A stretch of DNA of 64,000 nt from Guillardia theta CCMP2712 (Eukaryota > Protista > Cryptophyta): assembly GCF_000315625.1 (NCBI RefSeq), contig NW_005434511.1, forward strand, positions 48,001 through 112,000, written 5' to 3'. Below, piece by piece: positions 36,839 through 48,979 of this stretch; the stretch's first letter is position 1, and every line of letters begins with the position of its first letter. The position numbers and the translations under genes are program-made. Under the pieces are notes generated by a model that was given only the letters and a program-made list of their open reading frames with translations, was not told the DNA's origin and ran no database searches.

Positions 36839-39186
36839 TCAAAAAGTGTCGTTCTGCTGCCTCGAGCCGGACTGGAAGATAGCAATGTCCCTGCCGAAGG
36901 TCCTGGACTTGAGCCAGTCGATGGCTACGAGAAGGCGATTGCGCATGGCGACTTGTTTGGTTATGTACCTGCCAGTAGCGATGAGGAGAGGGCGGGGAGG
37001 AGCGAGGGGGAGGAGGAGAGGGGAGAGGGGAGAGGAGGAGGGAAAGGAAGGGAGAGTAGGGCAGAGCAGTGAGGAGGTCCAGGAGGAGGGTGGAGGGAGT
37101 GAGAAGTAAAGGAGGGTGGAGACAGGAAGGAAGGGAGGAGGGAGAGTAAGAGGGAGAAGAGTTGGGGGAGATGAAGGAGGGAGGGGGAGGAGGAGGAGAA
37201 GAGTAAGAGGGAGAAGAGTTGGGGGAGATGAAGGAGGGAGGGGAGGAGGAGGAGGAGAGTAGTTGAGATCAGCTGAACTTACACGCTCCGCCAGAGGAAC
37301 CAGCCAGCCTTGCCCGTTTGCTCTGTGATGACCAGCCTTCTCCAGACTGTCCCGTCCTTGGCCTGGAAGTACTTGGTGCCGTCCTTGGGGTTGGGATCCG
37401 GTTTCTCCGGGTTGATCTCAAAGTCTGATTCCTCCACCCCGATCTCGACCTGGAGAGCAGCGTGACGGGATGAAGGCGACAGGGGGAGGAGGGGAGGAGG
37501 AGAGGAAGGGGAGAGGAGGTGAAGAGGAGGTGAAGAGGAGGTGAAGAGGAGGGAGAAAATGAGTGGCTGAGGAAGGGGAGAGAAGAAGCAGGAGAGGAGC
37601 GGGAGAAGTGAGGAGGCAGGAGGGAAAAAGGCATGGCAGATGAAGATAGGAGAGGGAGGGAGCAACAAGAGCTGTCATGCCGAGAGGAATGAAAGTAGGA
37701 GCTGACAGACATGCCAGGAAGCAGGAGGAGAGGAGGAGTAAGGTGAGGAGGGAGAGACTGGGCAGGGCAGGAGAGGGCAGAAGGCACGGGTGCTGGAGAG
37801 TGAAGGAAGAGGAGGGAACGGGGAGAGGGGGAGAGAGGAAGGAAAAGTCCAACCTGGGCTAATGCCGAACTCCCTCCAATATACGCCAGGATACCCAAGT
37901 TGAGGAACTGGAAGGGTCGAGCGAACGTGATGTCGTTCCTGACGAGCTTCTGCGTGGGCAGAAAGTTCAGGGAGGAGGAGGAGGANNNNNNNNNNNNNNN
38001 NNNNNNNNNNNNNNNNNNNNNNNNNNNNNNNNNNNNNNNNNNNNNNNNNNNNNNNNNNNNNNNNNNNNNNNNNNNNNNNNNNNNNGAAAATCTCGTCCTT
38101 GCTCACCTGCTCCACCCTGCATCCCAGGTAGAGCTCGGTTCCTCTGGCCTTGAACGCCTCTATCGTCTTCTTCTGCAGGGGAGTGTCGAACTGCGGGATC
38201 AGGGTCCCTCCTGACTCCACCAGCTTCGTCGAGACGTAGGGCACGAGCTTCGGGTAGATCTTCTTCAGGTCCTCGTTCAGGAAGTCGAACAGCTCTCCTG
38301 ACATCTCCACACCTGCTGGGCCTCCGCCAACCACCACGAACGTCAGCAGCTCCCGCTTCCTCTCCTCCGACACGTCCTCCAGGCTTGCAGCTTCGCAGTT
38401 CTCGATGATGGCCGTCCTCAGGGCCCTTGCATGTTCGATCTCCTTGAGGAAGTGACAGTTCTCCTTGACGCCAGGGACGCCGAACGTGCTTGTCTTCATC
38501 CCAACGCTGAGGACAAGGAGGTCATACGGGACCTCCAGGTCACGCTTCTCCGCCACAGCCTTGCAGTGTACAACCTTCCTCTTGGTGTCAACGTCCATGG
38601 CCATGGCTTCCTGGTACTCCAAGTTGCTGTTGGCCCACCTCACAGGCTCGATGATCGATCGGTACTCAACGGTCCCCACGGCAGAGGAAGCGAGCATGGG
38701 AGTGAAGACGAAGTAGTTCCTCGGGGAGACCACGATCACTTCATGGACAGTGGTGTCAAGGGTCTTCATGAGCGCGTTTGCTCCCCAGCCCGAGCCGACG
38801 ATCACGACCCTCTTCTTCTTGCCATCCTCGGGCAGGCTGTGCGAGCCGGACAGGGCGTCTCCTACTGTCTCCTGCACGCGATGGAAGGCTATGTCCCAGA
38901 TCGACTCCTCCTTCAGCAGCGTTCCGAGGCCGATGCGAACATCCTCAGAGCAGGTGACGAGCGGCATGTCAGTCCCTGCGTGCTTGCCGAGTTTCTCAAG
39001 ATCCTCTTCGGTGTACGTATGCTGCTTCTTCATCATCTGTATGGTCAGAAGTCTGGGAGCCTGACGGCAAGAGGCCCTGCAAGGGCTGCCCCGCAAGCTC
39101 TTGATGAGAGGAGGAGTATGGAACGCTGAAGCACAGGCTACGAGAGCAAGAAAGGTAACTGATAGCTGGCTGCAAGGCTTGAACAT
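36839..39186 (-). CDS. Type II NADH dehydrogenase (NDH-2, NDA-like) with a bipartite plastid leader; spans a gap
   Basis: VVIVGSGWGA, SPRNYFVFTPML...VGTVEYRSIIEP, FLKEIEHA, FVVVGGGPAGVE, GILAYIG, GWFLWRSVYITKQVAMRNRLLVAIDWLK...FGRD; leader ...LALVACASA-FHTP. Confidence 0.92.
37986..38085. other. Assembly gap (N run)
   Basis: 100 N. Confidence 1.
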
Positions 39187-41090
39187 CCTTTCAACCTTAT
39201 ATTAACGATCGTAGATCAGGTTGTTCTACGGGATTGCACTGAGCCAACACAAGGTGATGGCTGGAATGGACAGGGAAGGAAACAAGGATAAGGCGTGTGC
39301 GAGCGAGAGAGATCAGGTTTATAGGAAGGTGGAAAGACAGGCAGGTTGGAGAAAGGATGGGAAGGAGGGAGGGAGGGAGGGAGGGAGGGAGAGAAAGGAG
39401 CGGAAAGAAGCGAAGGGGAGGGAGGGAGGGAGGGAGGGAGGGGTGGAGTGGGATGGTGGGAGGCAATGGGGCGACGACGGCAGGAGCACAGCAAACCAGG
39501 GGTTTTTAACAATTGGGGCAGCCAGCAGTCGTAAGGGGTGGTGGGGTGGTAGCTTGCAAGGAGTCAGCATTCAAGGGGGTCGTCGATGATGACCAATATG
39601 TATGGTGGGGTACTTTGATAGTCAAAAGAGGGTACTTTGCATTGTCATGGTGTCTTCTAGGGGGTGGGGTACCGGCCAACAAATGACTAGTGGTGGGAGG
39701 ACGTAACTGCGAATCCTTTTTAGTTGTCTTCAACACCAGGGGCTGGTAGCTCATTTTGAGGGGTGGGGTAATAAAGTACGGGTGATATTTCAGTATGAAT
39801 GACGGGTGTTCCTCCAGTAACATGACGTTGAGGGACCTAAATTGGTTTGCAGTGCTCACGAGTTGGGGGTGGTAGGGGTACTTGCAAATGGTCTCATACA
39901 ACAACCTCAAATGGTGGGTAGGGGGTCCTCGGATCCAACCATGACATACTGAAGTAGGGGTCCTTTGATGGCAAATCTGATCCTGTGAAGTGGAGTGGGT
40001 GTCCGATGTCAACAATCATGTTGCTGACTTGGGGGGTAGGGGGTGGTCCTTCCTACAGACAGCCGGTCATAGTGTCGACGTGGAGAAGGGGGCGGGGGAA
40101 TCATCAGGAGTGGACCGGGTGGACTCAGTCCTCTGGGGGTGGGTAGAATCATATTAGCACGGGGGGTACGGGTAGTAGGTAAGTTAACCCTTTTTGACAG
40201 GTCGTTGACCTCTTGAAAGCCGCTCGGAACGTTTGTAGTAAAGATGACCTGTCAGACTCATTCCTAGCGCGCTAGCACCTCAGCTAAGACTCAAGGTGCT
40301 AGGAATGCCGTCAGTGACGGTAGAGGCTCTTCTACCCCCGGCACTGCGGCAGGTTGGCAAGTTTGTCGCAGGACAGTACCACGGTAGTACCGATAGTACC
40401 CAAGTTTTACTCAAAGTTGTTAAGTCAAAAATTAGACTCAGTGCTGTGGGCAGTGACTTCTTGTACCATCATTACCGTGTGAGCCTGCGCCCGGGCGCCG
40501 CCGCCCGGCCGCGCGCGGCGGCGGGGCCCGGGGCCTGTCAGCGGCCCGGCCGCCTGCCAGCCAGGGCCTGATCCGATGCCACGGTCAGGGTTCACCGGGC
40601 ACCCGCGGCTGAGCTCTCAGCCGCCGCCGGTCCGGGAGGCTGCCCGGCCCGGCCCGGGCATGACCCGGCGCCCCGGGCTCCAACTTATTGTGGCACTGAC
40701 ACTGCCGTGACCGTCGGACCGTGGCACGCAGCACGCCGTTCACTGGCCGCCCGGTTCAAAACACGATACTATCGGATACGAGGCGGGAGTCCGCCTCCGA
40801 CCAAAAGTTGGGACAGCAACATACATTTGGAGGCCGTCTTAGACAGGTCAGGTCTCAGAAGGCAGCGACTTTCAGGGAGCATGGGACTCATCTGAGGGAG
40901 GGAGGGGAGGGAGGGAGGAGATTGATGAAGGGTTGGGGGGTGAGATCGGGAGGATAGGACAAGGAAGCCATTCACTGACATCGATCTAGTTTCCCCAGAC
41001 CTCAGAGCATGATTCAGGCGTGATCAAGAGTCTCAAGGCCCCAGCACACATGGTCTGATCAGCCTGAAGTGCACTGGGGGAGAGGAGATC

Positions 41091-42184
41091 ATGGGATTGT
41101 TGACAGCTCGTCATGCTGTCCTCGTCTTTACCCTGGAGTGCTTGCGTACTGCCTACCTGAACCCTTTGAACAGCCTGTCCTTGCAACCTGATCATATCCA
41201 TTTGTGCACGCGTCGTCATGGTTGGAGCCTCCGTTTACGGGGAGGGGCCAAGAACTACAAGCATCGGGCGGACGACCCGGACTTCGTAGCGACTGCTCCG
41301 ATATTGGACTTGTTGACAGATGGGGATTACTCAAAGAAGATGGAGTTTGCCAAGAAGAACATCAAGAAGATCATGGAGACTCCTGTTGAATTCTGCATCG
41401 ACCCTTCGTACTTGGATGGGACTAGCTCCCACTTCACCTGCTCGATCAAAGGGAAGCGGGGGAAGAAGGATAATAAGAGTTTGAAATATGTGCCGGAAGA
41501 GGAGGAGGAGGAGGAGGAGGAGGAGGAGGAGGAGGAGGAGGGAGGGGAGGACGGCAAGGGAAGGGAAGAGAAGGAGCAAAACTCAGACGAATTCGATGGC
41601 TTCGGCGTTCTGAAGAAGATTGAAATGACAGAATTCCGCAATGTCACATACGCTATCCTTGATAACAAATATGAAGACGTTGTGAGTTGTGATTTTCATC
41701 CTTCTTGCTGCCTGGCTGATTTAAAGATGTCTCCCCTTGAACTCGCACATCCCCTCGATCTCACTTCTTGACGCACTTGTTTCCAGATGGAAAAGCTGCA
41801 GGCAATGTTGGCCAAGGACCAGCACAACGAGGACATTGTCAACAACATGGCGATGGCGATCACTTTGCATACCAACAATACCAGTGAAGCTGAACACATG
41901 CTCGAGGTCAATTGAGGAGCATACATAATGAGTATAAAGTCTTGATACTGCTCCCTTCAGGACTTCATTCAAAAACATCCCAACGTCAGCGGCCGAGTAG
42001 TCGGAAATCTAGCGGTAAGCATGTTTGGAGATCACCTGCTTGTTCACCTTGTGTTATGATGATTCGTTCATCCTCCGATTTGCACGTCTTGTTCATCATT
42101 TTTCATGCTTGCTTCTTTCCTTACCAGTTGCTTGGTTGTGTTTGTCACAGAATTTCAGATCGCAGCGAATGATTATCCTCGTTG

Positions 42185-42219
<35 letters not shown>

Positions 42220-43650
42220 CTGCTCCCTGCTCCCTACTCCCTGCTCTCCTCTGCTTGCTGCTTCTCTTTCTTTCTCAATATCATCTTTACTTTGTTCATA
42301 TGTCTGCGCACTTTACCTTCTTTGCTCTCGGTGACGATGAGTTATGGTCTTTTGTTTCTGTATGATTCTCTCCGATTTCGTTCGCTTTGTGTGGTTTTGT
42401 AACCTTTGAGTGCAATAGACTATCATATTTCAAAGTTTGAACGACGACACAGCAAGAGCAGACAAGGCGGAGAAATATTTCCAGATGGTTTGAAACGTTT
42501 CTTTCAACCCAGTCATGCTGACAGTCACTTGCCAGGCCCTCGAACGAGACGGTCTCGACGACCCTGCAGTGAACAACTACGCCATGTTCCTCATCACAAT
42601 CCGCGAGAACTACACAAGTTGTCGACACATGTGTGCTTGCGCCTTTCAAGGTTTGTGAAGCAGCGATGGCAGGAGCGGAAGAGTTGCTGGTGGCAAGACT
42701 GGAACAGAACTCAGAGAGCGTTTCAGTGCTAGGCAACTACATCTATCTCCTTATCCATCACTTTCCTCACAGGAGGTGAACATGCGAAAGCTTCTCATGG
42801 CTCAATAATCCTCTATACCCTCACTTCTTCGCTCCTCTCCCTCGTACGCCCCCTGCCTCCTCCCGCCTCCCTACCTCTCCATCCCTCTCCATCCCTCTCC
42901 GTCCCTCTCCCTTCCTCGTCCTCCCCTCCCTCCTTTCTCCCTGTTCCTCCTTCCCCCATGTCCTTCCCTGCCACTCCCTCTCTCCACCATCACCTCGACT
43001 CTTGTGCGAACGTGGTCGTGACACCCTTCTTCTGTCGGGCAGGTACATCGAGAACAGGAAGGAAATCCAAGGACCTCATTACAATCTCACAGGACTGCAG
43101 CTGGTGGCGATCCTCCTCCCCCCAACCCCTCCTCCTCCTCCTCTTCTTCCTCCTCCTCCTGCCCTCCCTCTTCTCTCCACTTCTACCTCCTTCACTCCCG
43201 CTCCTCCTCCCCTCCTCCTTGACTCCTCTCATCTCTTCCCCTCATCGTCCGCAATCTCTCCTCTCCTCTCCTCTCCTCTCCTCTCCTCTCCTCTCCTCTC
43301 CTCTCCTGTCCTCTCCTCTCCTCTCCTCTCCTCTCCTCTCCTCTCCTCTCCTCTCCCCCTCCTCTTCTCTTCTCTGAAACACTCTCAGGCCCATGCTCTG
43401 ACCATGAAAGCCTTGAGGACGGACAAATCTCATCCCTGGGTAAAGTTGCTTCCTCTCTCTCTCCCTCTTCCTCTCCCTCTTCCTCTTCCTCTTCCTCTTC
43501 CTCTTCCTCTTCCTCTTCCTCTTCCTCTTCCTCTTCCTCTTCCTCTTCCTCTTCCTCTTCCTTCTTGCATTGGAACATGGCCTGCAGGTGAAACAATGTG
43601 CACCTAAAATCCTCAGCCCGGAACATCCTTGCTATCAAGCATATTGGTGA
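41091..43650 (+). CDS. TPR-like helical repeat protein with an N-terminal leader ending in LRLRGG (spliced)
   Basis: ORF 41091-41771, then exons with IVNNMAMAI...EAEHMLE, VVGNLA, AVNNYAMFLITIRENY (TPR-like), AHALTMKALRTDKSHPW and ...CYQAYW*. Confidence 0.55.
43255..43560 (+). repeat. (CTCTC)n and (CCTCTT)n intronic microsatellites
   Basis: Near-perfect pentamer run 43255-43355 and hexamer run 43475-43560, flanking a short exon. Confidence 0.9.
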
Positions 43651-44949
43651 GTTTCAAACATGACAAGTGATATGGGATATGGCGAGGTGTGGAGATGGAG
43701 TTGAGGAGGTATTCGAGCGATTACAGAGGCTTCATGACATGTTGTGAAAACAAACATGAAAGTTTGCGTTCAAGTTAAGAAGAGAAATGTGGAATTCATG
43801 TCTGATGATGAATTCCCCTTAGATATCCAAATTTTGATGTGAAGGTGTGATTCCGATCAAATGATATACATACTTCGTTGTTTTGAGAATTCACAAAACT
43901 CTTCGTAACGATTCTTTACAGTGAAAGGTTCAAAATCTTCCGTCCTTGTGAAATCACAGTGTCAAGAGGTAGCGATGAAGAGACGAAAATTCTTTACATA
44001 CATGTCATGGAGAGGATGGTGGTGATGGCGGTGGTGATGGCGGTGGTGATGGCGGTGATGGCGAAAATGGTGATGGTAGTAATATTTATGATGGTGGTGC
44101 TTTTATTGTTGTTGATGATGATGATGATGACGATGGTGAAGACGACAACAACTACCACTACTACTATTACTACAGTGGTGGTGGTGTTGATGATTGTGGG
44201 ACCTGCTGAACATGTTGAAAAGAGGCTTTCTCCTCCTCATTCCAGCCTCTGCAATGATGCTGGCTGTGACTCGATTGTTTCCCAGCTCGGGGATATCATT
44301 TCAAACCGTCGCATCCGGGAAGGGCGCATTTGTTGAACAAGACCTTCGTAGAGCAGATGAAACTCCATCATCTCTACGATTTTGCAGATCACGTCTATTC
44401 GGAGCGACAGTACAAGACAAACGAGTGAGATGGTATACGAGGAAAGGTCAGGAATGAGGGAGAGATGGAGGGGAGGAACAGGAGGAGGAGGTCGAGGAGG
44501 AGATGAGGAGGTCGAGTTTACTTTTGATACCTATCGTCTACATTGCATCCTTGTCAAACATGAGCACAAGTCCGAAAACTCTTTCACGTCTCTTTGTTTT
44601 CTTTCCTTCTTCCTTTCCAGCTCAGTCACAATCATTCTCCACAGACTTCACTTGTGGATATCACTCCCTCCTCCTCATCCATCGTTTCCACCTGGTCCAG
44701 CTCGTCCTTCTTCCCCACTCCGTTGCCCTCCTCCTCCTCCTCCTCCTCCTCCTCGTTGTCCTCCTTTGTCCTGTAGTCTTTCCTTCTATGCCCTTATCAC
44801 GTTTCCTGATACCACCTTCTACAGTGTGAACAGTCCTCCAACACTCCCTCCCACCCTCCTCCTCATCTTCACCTCCTCCTCCTCCTCCTCCTCCTCCTCC
44901 TCTTCCCCCTTGTCCCTCCTGCCTTTCCTACTTCCCCTCCTCCCCCTGC

Positions 44950-45720
44950 CTAGCTTTCGTTCTCCTCCTCCTCTTCCTCCTTCTCCTGATGCTGCAGCAG
45001 CGCCAACCTCATCAGCGCATGCGTGCTCCGGCACGCCCGGAGACCAACCTTCATCGCTCTTGCCACCTCCTCCTGCTCCCACTGCCCCACTTGCACCAGC
45101 TGAGTCACTTCCCGCCTGTTGGGCATGTAAGACAAGGAAAGGCTGCCGTCGTGCTCAGTCAGCCCTGCCCCTGGTTCCAGCATGAAGCCTTCCTTCCTCC
45201 TCAGGGCAAGGGAGCTGGACGCGACGAGGTCGTACATCTCTACCCCAGCATGCGCCAGCGCCAACGATGCACAGACGATGCAGGGAGAGAGCAAGTCGCC
45301 GTCTGCTTCCACCACAGATACGTGAACTTCGATCACTGACTTGGGGTACTTGAGCAGGTTGATTGCGCTCTGCAAAGCTGGGAGGATCCCTAGCTCGGCC
45401 GCTCGCTCCTCCTCCTCCCTCCTCTCCTCCCTCCTCTCCCCGTCCGACCCGGAGAATGCTGAGATGGTAACGAAGCAGCTTATCCTGCCATGCTCGGAGA
45501 ATAGCGATGACCATGTGTCTGTCTTGGGGCCATGGACAGTGCAAACCACCTTCGTCCTCCCGCTCTCCACGTAGGCCGACCCTGAGGCCCTGTCTACCAC
45601 ATCCACCGACATGTGCTTCCTTCGAAGAGTGTTGAGTACAGGAAAATCCTTTTCCCCTCCTTCCTCCCCAGCCTTCTTCTTTTTCTTCGTCGTCGTCGCA
45701 GTTCCTTTCTCCTCCTCCAT
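44950..45720 (-). CDS. MTR3: Exosome RNase PH-like subunit, MTR3/EXOSC6-like (single exon)
   Basis: ASGSAYVESGRTKVVCTVHGPK, KYPKSVIEVHVSVVEADG, SLALAHAGVEMYDLV, YMPNRREVTQL; RRP41 is the alternative assignment. Confidence 0.8.
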   Translation of the reverse strand: MEEEKGTATTTKKKKKAGEEGGEKDFPVLNTLRRKHMSVDVVDRASGSAYVESGRTKVVCTVHGPKTDTWSSLFSEHGRISCFVTISAFSGSDGERREERREEEERAAELGILPALQSAINLLKYPKSVIEVHVSVVEADGDLLSPCIVCASLALAHAGVEMYDLVASSSLALRRKEGFMLEPGAGLTEHDGSLSLSYMPNRREVTQLVQVGQWEQEEVARAMKVGLRACRSTHALMRLALLQHQEKEEEEEENES

Positions 45721-46518
45721 GCTGGGCCGTTTCAGCCTGACAAATTCGAGCTTTCGGCAACCTGTTGGAAGGATGCCGTGTCAAGACTAGGCATGTTAAC
45801 CGGGATAACCTCCTCTGCAGTGCTCTCCCATTATCTCTTCTCCTCTTCTCTCCGCTCCGCTCCTCCCCTTCCCTCCAATCTTCACATCACCTCCACCACC
45901 TCTTCCTCCCTCTCCTTCCTCTCCTCCCTCCCCTCCTCCCTCCCCTCTTCTTCCTCCCCTCTCTCTTCTTCCTCCCCTATCATTCCTCTGTCCCATCTCT
46001 TCCTTCCTTTCCTTCCCTCTCCTCTCCATCCTCTTCACTTGCTGCTTCTGTTCCCTTCCATACCTGGCGGTACTGCTGCCATTGTTGTGAATGGGTGGGG
46101 GTAGGGTCCACCTGAGTGGTAACGGACCCTTACTTCATCTCTAAAAAGTACCGGTAGAGGTAATTAAGTCACGGGTACTTGTTCATTAGGAAATCGCACG
46201 TGCGGTGCATAGTGGACGAAGCGGAAAAGGGAAGAGAGGAGAGGAAAGGAGAAGGAGAGGAGAAGAGGAAAGGAGAAGACGAAAGGAGAAGAGGAAAGGA
46301 GAAGAGGAAAGGAGCAGAAGAGAAGAGGAGAGGAGGAGAGGAGAGGAGAGGAGAGGAAAACGAGGACCAGGGACTAAGCAAATCAGCGGGTCCCTCACAA
46401 GGTGTTTGGGATCCTGCTCTGAAGGACATTAGTGGGCAGTTCTCCTTGCTGTGTTGGTCTTGCGAACCCCAGGAAGGCCTCCAAGCAACAGCCGTAGCGT
46501 TCGGTCAGATTGTCAGTA

Positions 46519-46857
46519 ATGGTCGTTACAACGAACGCACAGCTACAACAGAAGTTGGACTCCCTCGTAAAGATCATGGAGACAGGGGACATCGAAAAGT
46601 TCGTTCGTGCCTTCGTTCCCCTGGATCTGTCCGAGGAAGAGATCTCGGATTATCTGTCAAGATTGAGAGAGGATCAATCTGAATGGGAGAACATCAAGGT
46701 CGAGATCAAGACGATTGCAGACGGAGACTCCGTCACCAAGATAGAAGGAGATCAGGTCAAATCGGCAGTATTCTTCTTTCAACATCCTTCTTTCGACCAG
46801 GTTGACAGAGAAGTCGAGTTTGTCTTCGAAGACAGCGAATGGCGAGCCCAGGGATAG
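46519..46857 (+). CDS. Small acidic hypothetical protein, possibly NTF2-like fold
   Basis: Clean 112-codon ORF; helix GDIEKF and C-terminal EVEFVFEDSEWR resemble NTF2-like DUF patterns. Confidence 0.6.
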   Translation: MVVTTNAQLQQKLDSLVKIMETGDIEKFVRAFVPLDLSEEEISDYLSRLREDQSEWENIKVEIKTIADGDSVTKIEGDQVKSAVFFFQHPSFDQVDREVEFVFEDSEWRAQG

Positions 46858-47337
46858 ATGAATAACTCTCAGGCGCAAGGAGCCAGTTCAGGCGCAAGGG
46901 ACCACTGGCTCTATTGCTGTGCTTGCCTTGTTCAGAACTATTATGTACAGTCGTTACCAGTCATATTTTCTTTCACCTTGTCCCTACAAGGGGAGGTATT
47001 TTTCGAGTTTTATCTTTGTTTTGAGTCATTACTATACAACAGAAAGCTTACAGCATGCGCTATCCACATTTCTCACTGGCTCGTTACCAGCTCCTCGCTC
47101 TCGCTCCACTCCTCCTCCTCCTGTCTCATCATCACCGTCATCGAGCTTTATATCCCACTCCCTCTTCACCTTTGAGCAGGACATTCCTCCAAGCATTCTG
47201 CAGTAGAAGGAATTTTCGGTCTGCAACATAATGAGCAGAATGTACACAGCAAGGCTCTTCTCGCACTTGCATGCATCATATCTCTTCTCAAACCATCAAC
47301 CAACAAGCAAACATGTCACTCCACCAATTTTTCACCA

Positions 47338-48737
47338 TTATGGCAATGCTAGCACGACATAAGGAGCAATCGTGATGCAAGATAGACATCGCAGTGGAGA
47401 CAAAAGCTCGAAATGACAATCACGTTCCACGCTCGTAAACTTCAACTCACGTCGATCTCGACACGAGCTGGGAGCCGCCGCCATTTCATGCAAGAGTCGC
47501 ATCTGACCCATGTCTGCACTCGCCAAGTCAAGATCGTCCGCCAAGTCTGTGACAAGGGAGGTAGCAGAGCGAAGGAGAATCGTTACCTGGTTCTCCTGCG
47601 ACTCCAGCACACTTTTGCGATCTCGTTTCTTGAGCTTCTTTCTCTTAGGCGCCGGCTTGTGCTCCAGCATGTTGGTTTTCAGCTCATTGCGGAATCTCTT
47701 CAAGTCTTTCATGCACCTGCAAAAGCAACACGTCACTGTCTTACCAACAAGTTCCGCATTAAAGGAGGAGTGTGATCTGGAGAAGGGGGCAGGAAGAGGA
47801 CGAGTACGACGAGCAGTAGGAGCAGAACAACGACGATGACGAAGGAGGAAGGGAGGGACCAAATTCACTTACGCATCTTGAGGCAGACTTATGTAGTTTT
47901 TTGCAAAGTAAGAGTGAAACCAAGGGCGGTACTGCACAAAAGAGGATTGATTCAGGAAAAACATCTCAAGAGATTGTGAACACAACAGACCATGAACATA
48001 GTGTTCTTTTTCTTCTTGCTCTTCTTCACAATGCAGTAAACTGACTTCATCTTTGTGAAATCCATCCTGCGAGCGGGAGAAAGTACTTCAGAAGCACGCG
48101 CACGCCCCATGGGAAGCGACAAGACAAACCTGCTTTCATGCTTCGACGAACACTTCCAGTTGAGCTTCCTTGCCTTCTCGTCATTGTGAGGGGCAAGATC
48201 AGACGAAGAGTCGGCTGTGCACTCCGAGTCTTCAACGTTGTCTACCTCCATCGGGCACTTTGCAAGTTGCACTTCCCAGGCAGCTGGGGGAACATCGTAG
48301 ATGGAGTGAGAAAGAACAGCAGGAGGAACTCTTCTCTTCTCCTCAACAAACTTTTGTTGAGCACCATCGTTCCCTGCCATAACTTCTGATCCTGCATGGC
48401 TTCCAGGCGGGCTCGCTTGATTCGCGACGATCTCGTCTTCGTTCCCGTCCAGTATTTTCTTCCACTGGCACTCCTTCTCGTGCCTGCTGAACGCAGGAGA
48501 CCAGTATGTCTCGTATCCGCAGTAGTTGCAGAAGAAGTTCTTCCTCCTCGGATCGATCCCAAGGTCAAGATCGATGGCGACAGACATGCTCGACCAAACC
48601 TCCTTGCCCGACACAACGCTGGTACGCTTACACGAAGTTGGCCGTACTTTTGGTCTCTTAGTACGAAACTCGCCAAAGGATCGGTTCAAAAGACTCAGAT
48701 CAAGTAAAGCTTGGTGATCGAAGTGCTTGCTAACCAC
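47338..48737 (-). CDS. Hypothetical nuclear protein with a C2HC/C2H2-like zinc finger (spliced)
   Basis: FFCNYCGYETYWSPAFSRHEKEC; basic NLS-like stretches KKSKKKK and KRKKLKKR; ends uncertain. Confidence 0.5.
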
Positions 48738-48979
48738 TATTAGAGTATGCAGTGCAGGACAGTCCTCCTAGTCAAACGTTGGACCCTCAAACACTCGAGA
48801 AAGCAAAGTGCAAGCTATGAGAGAAGGAGAGGAGAACGAAGGTGAGATTAGTGAAGATAGTACGATGGGATCAGAAAGGATAGTCTAACTCAGCATGAAA
48901 TGCGGCAGAATCCGCCGTCTCTTGCCAAGTTCATTGGCAGTATCTCCATACTTGTTCGGCTTTCTTAGATCAAAGTGGG

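Noticed and set aside
47900-48060. Chromodomain in the zinc-finger gene (VYCIVKK...FMVQYRPW)
   Set aside because: Resemblance is superficial; aromatic cage residues cannot be confirmed by eye
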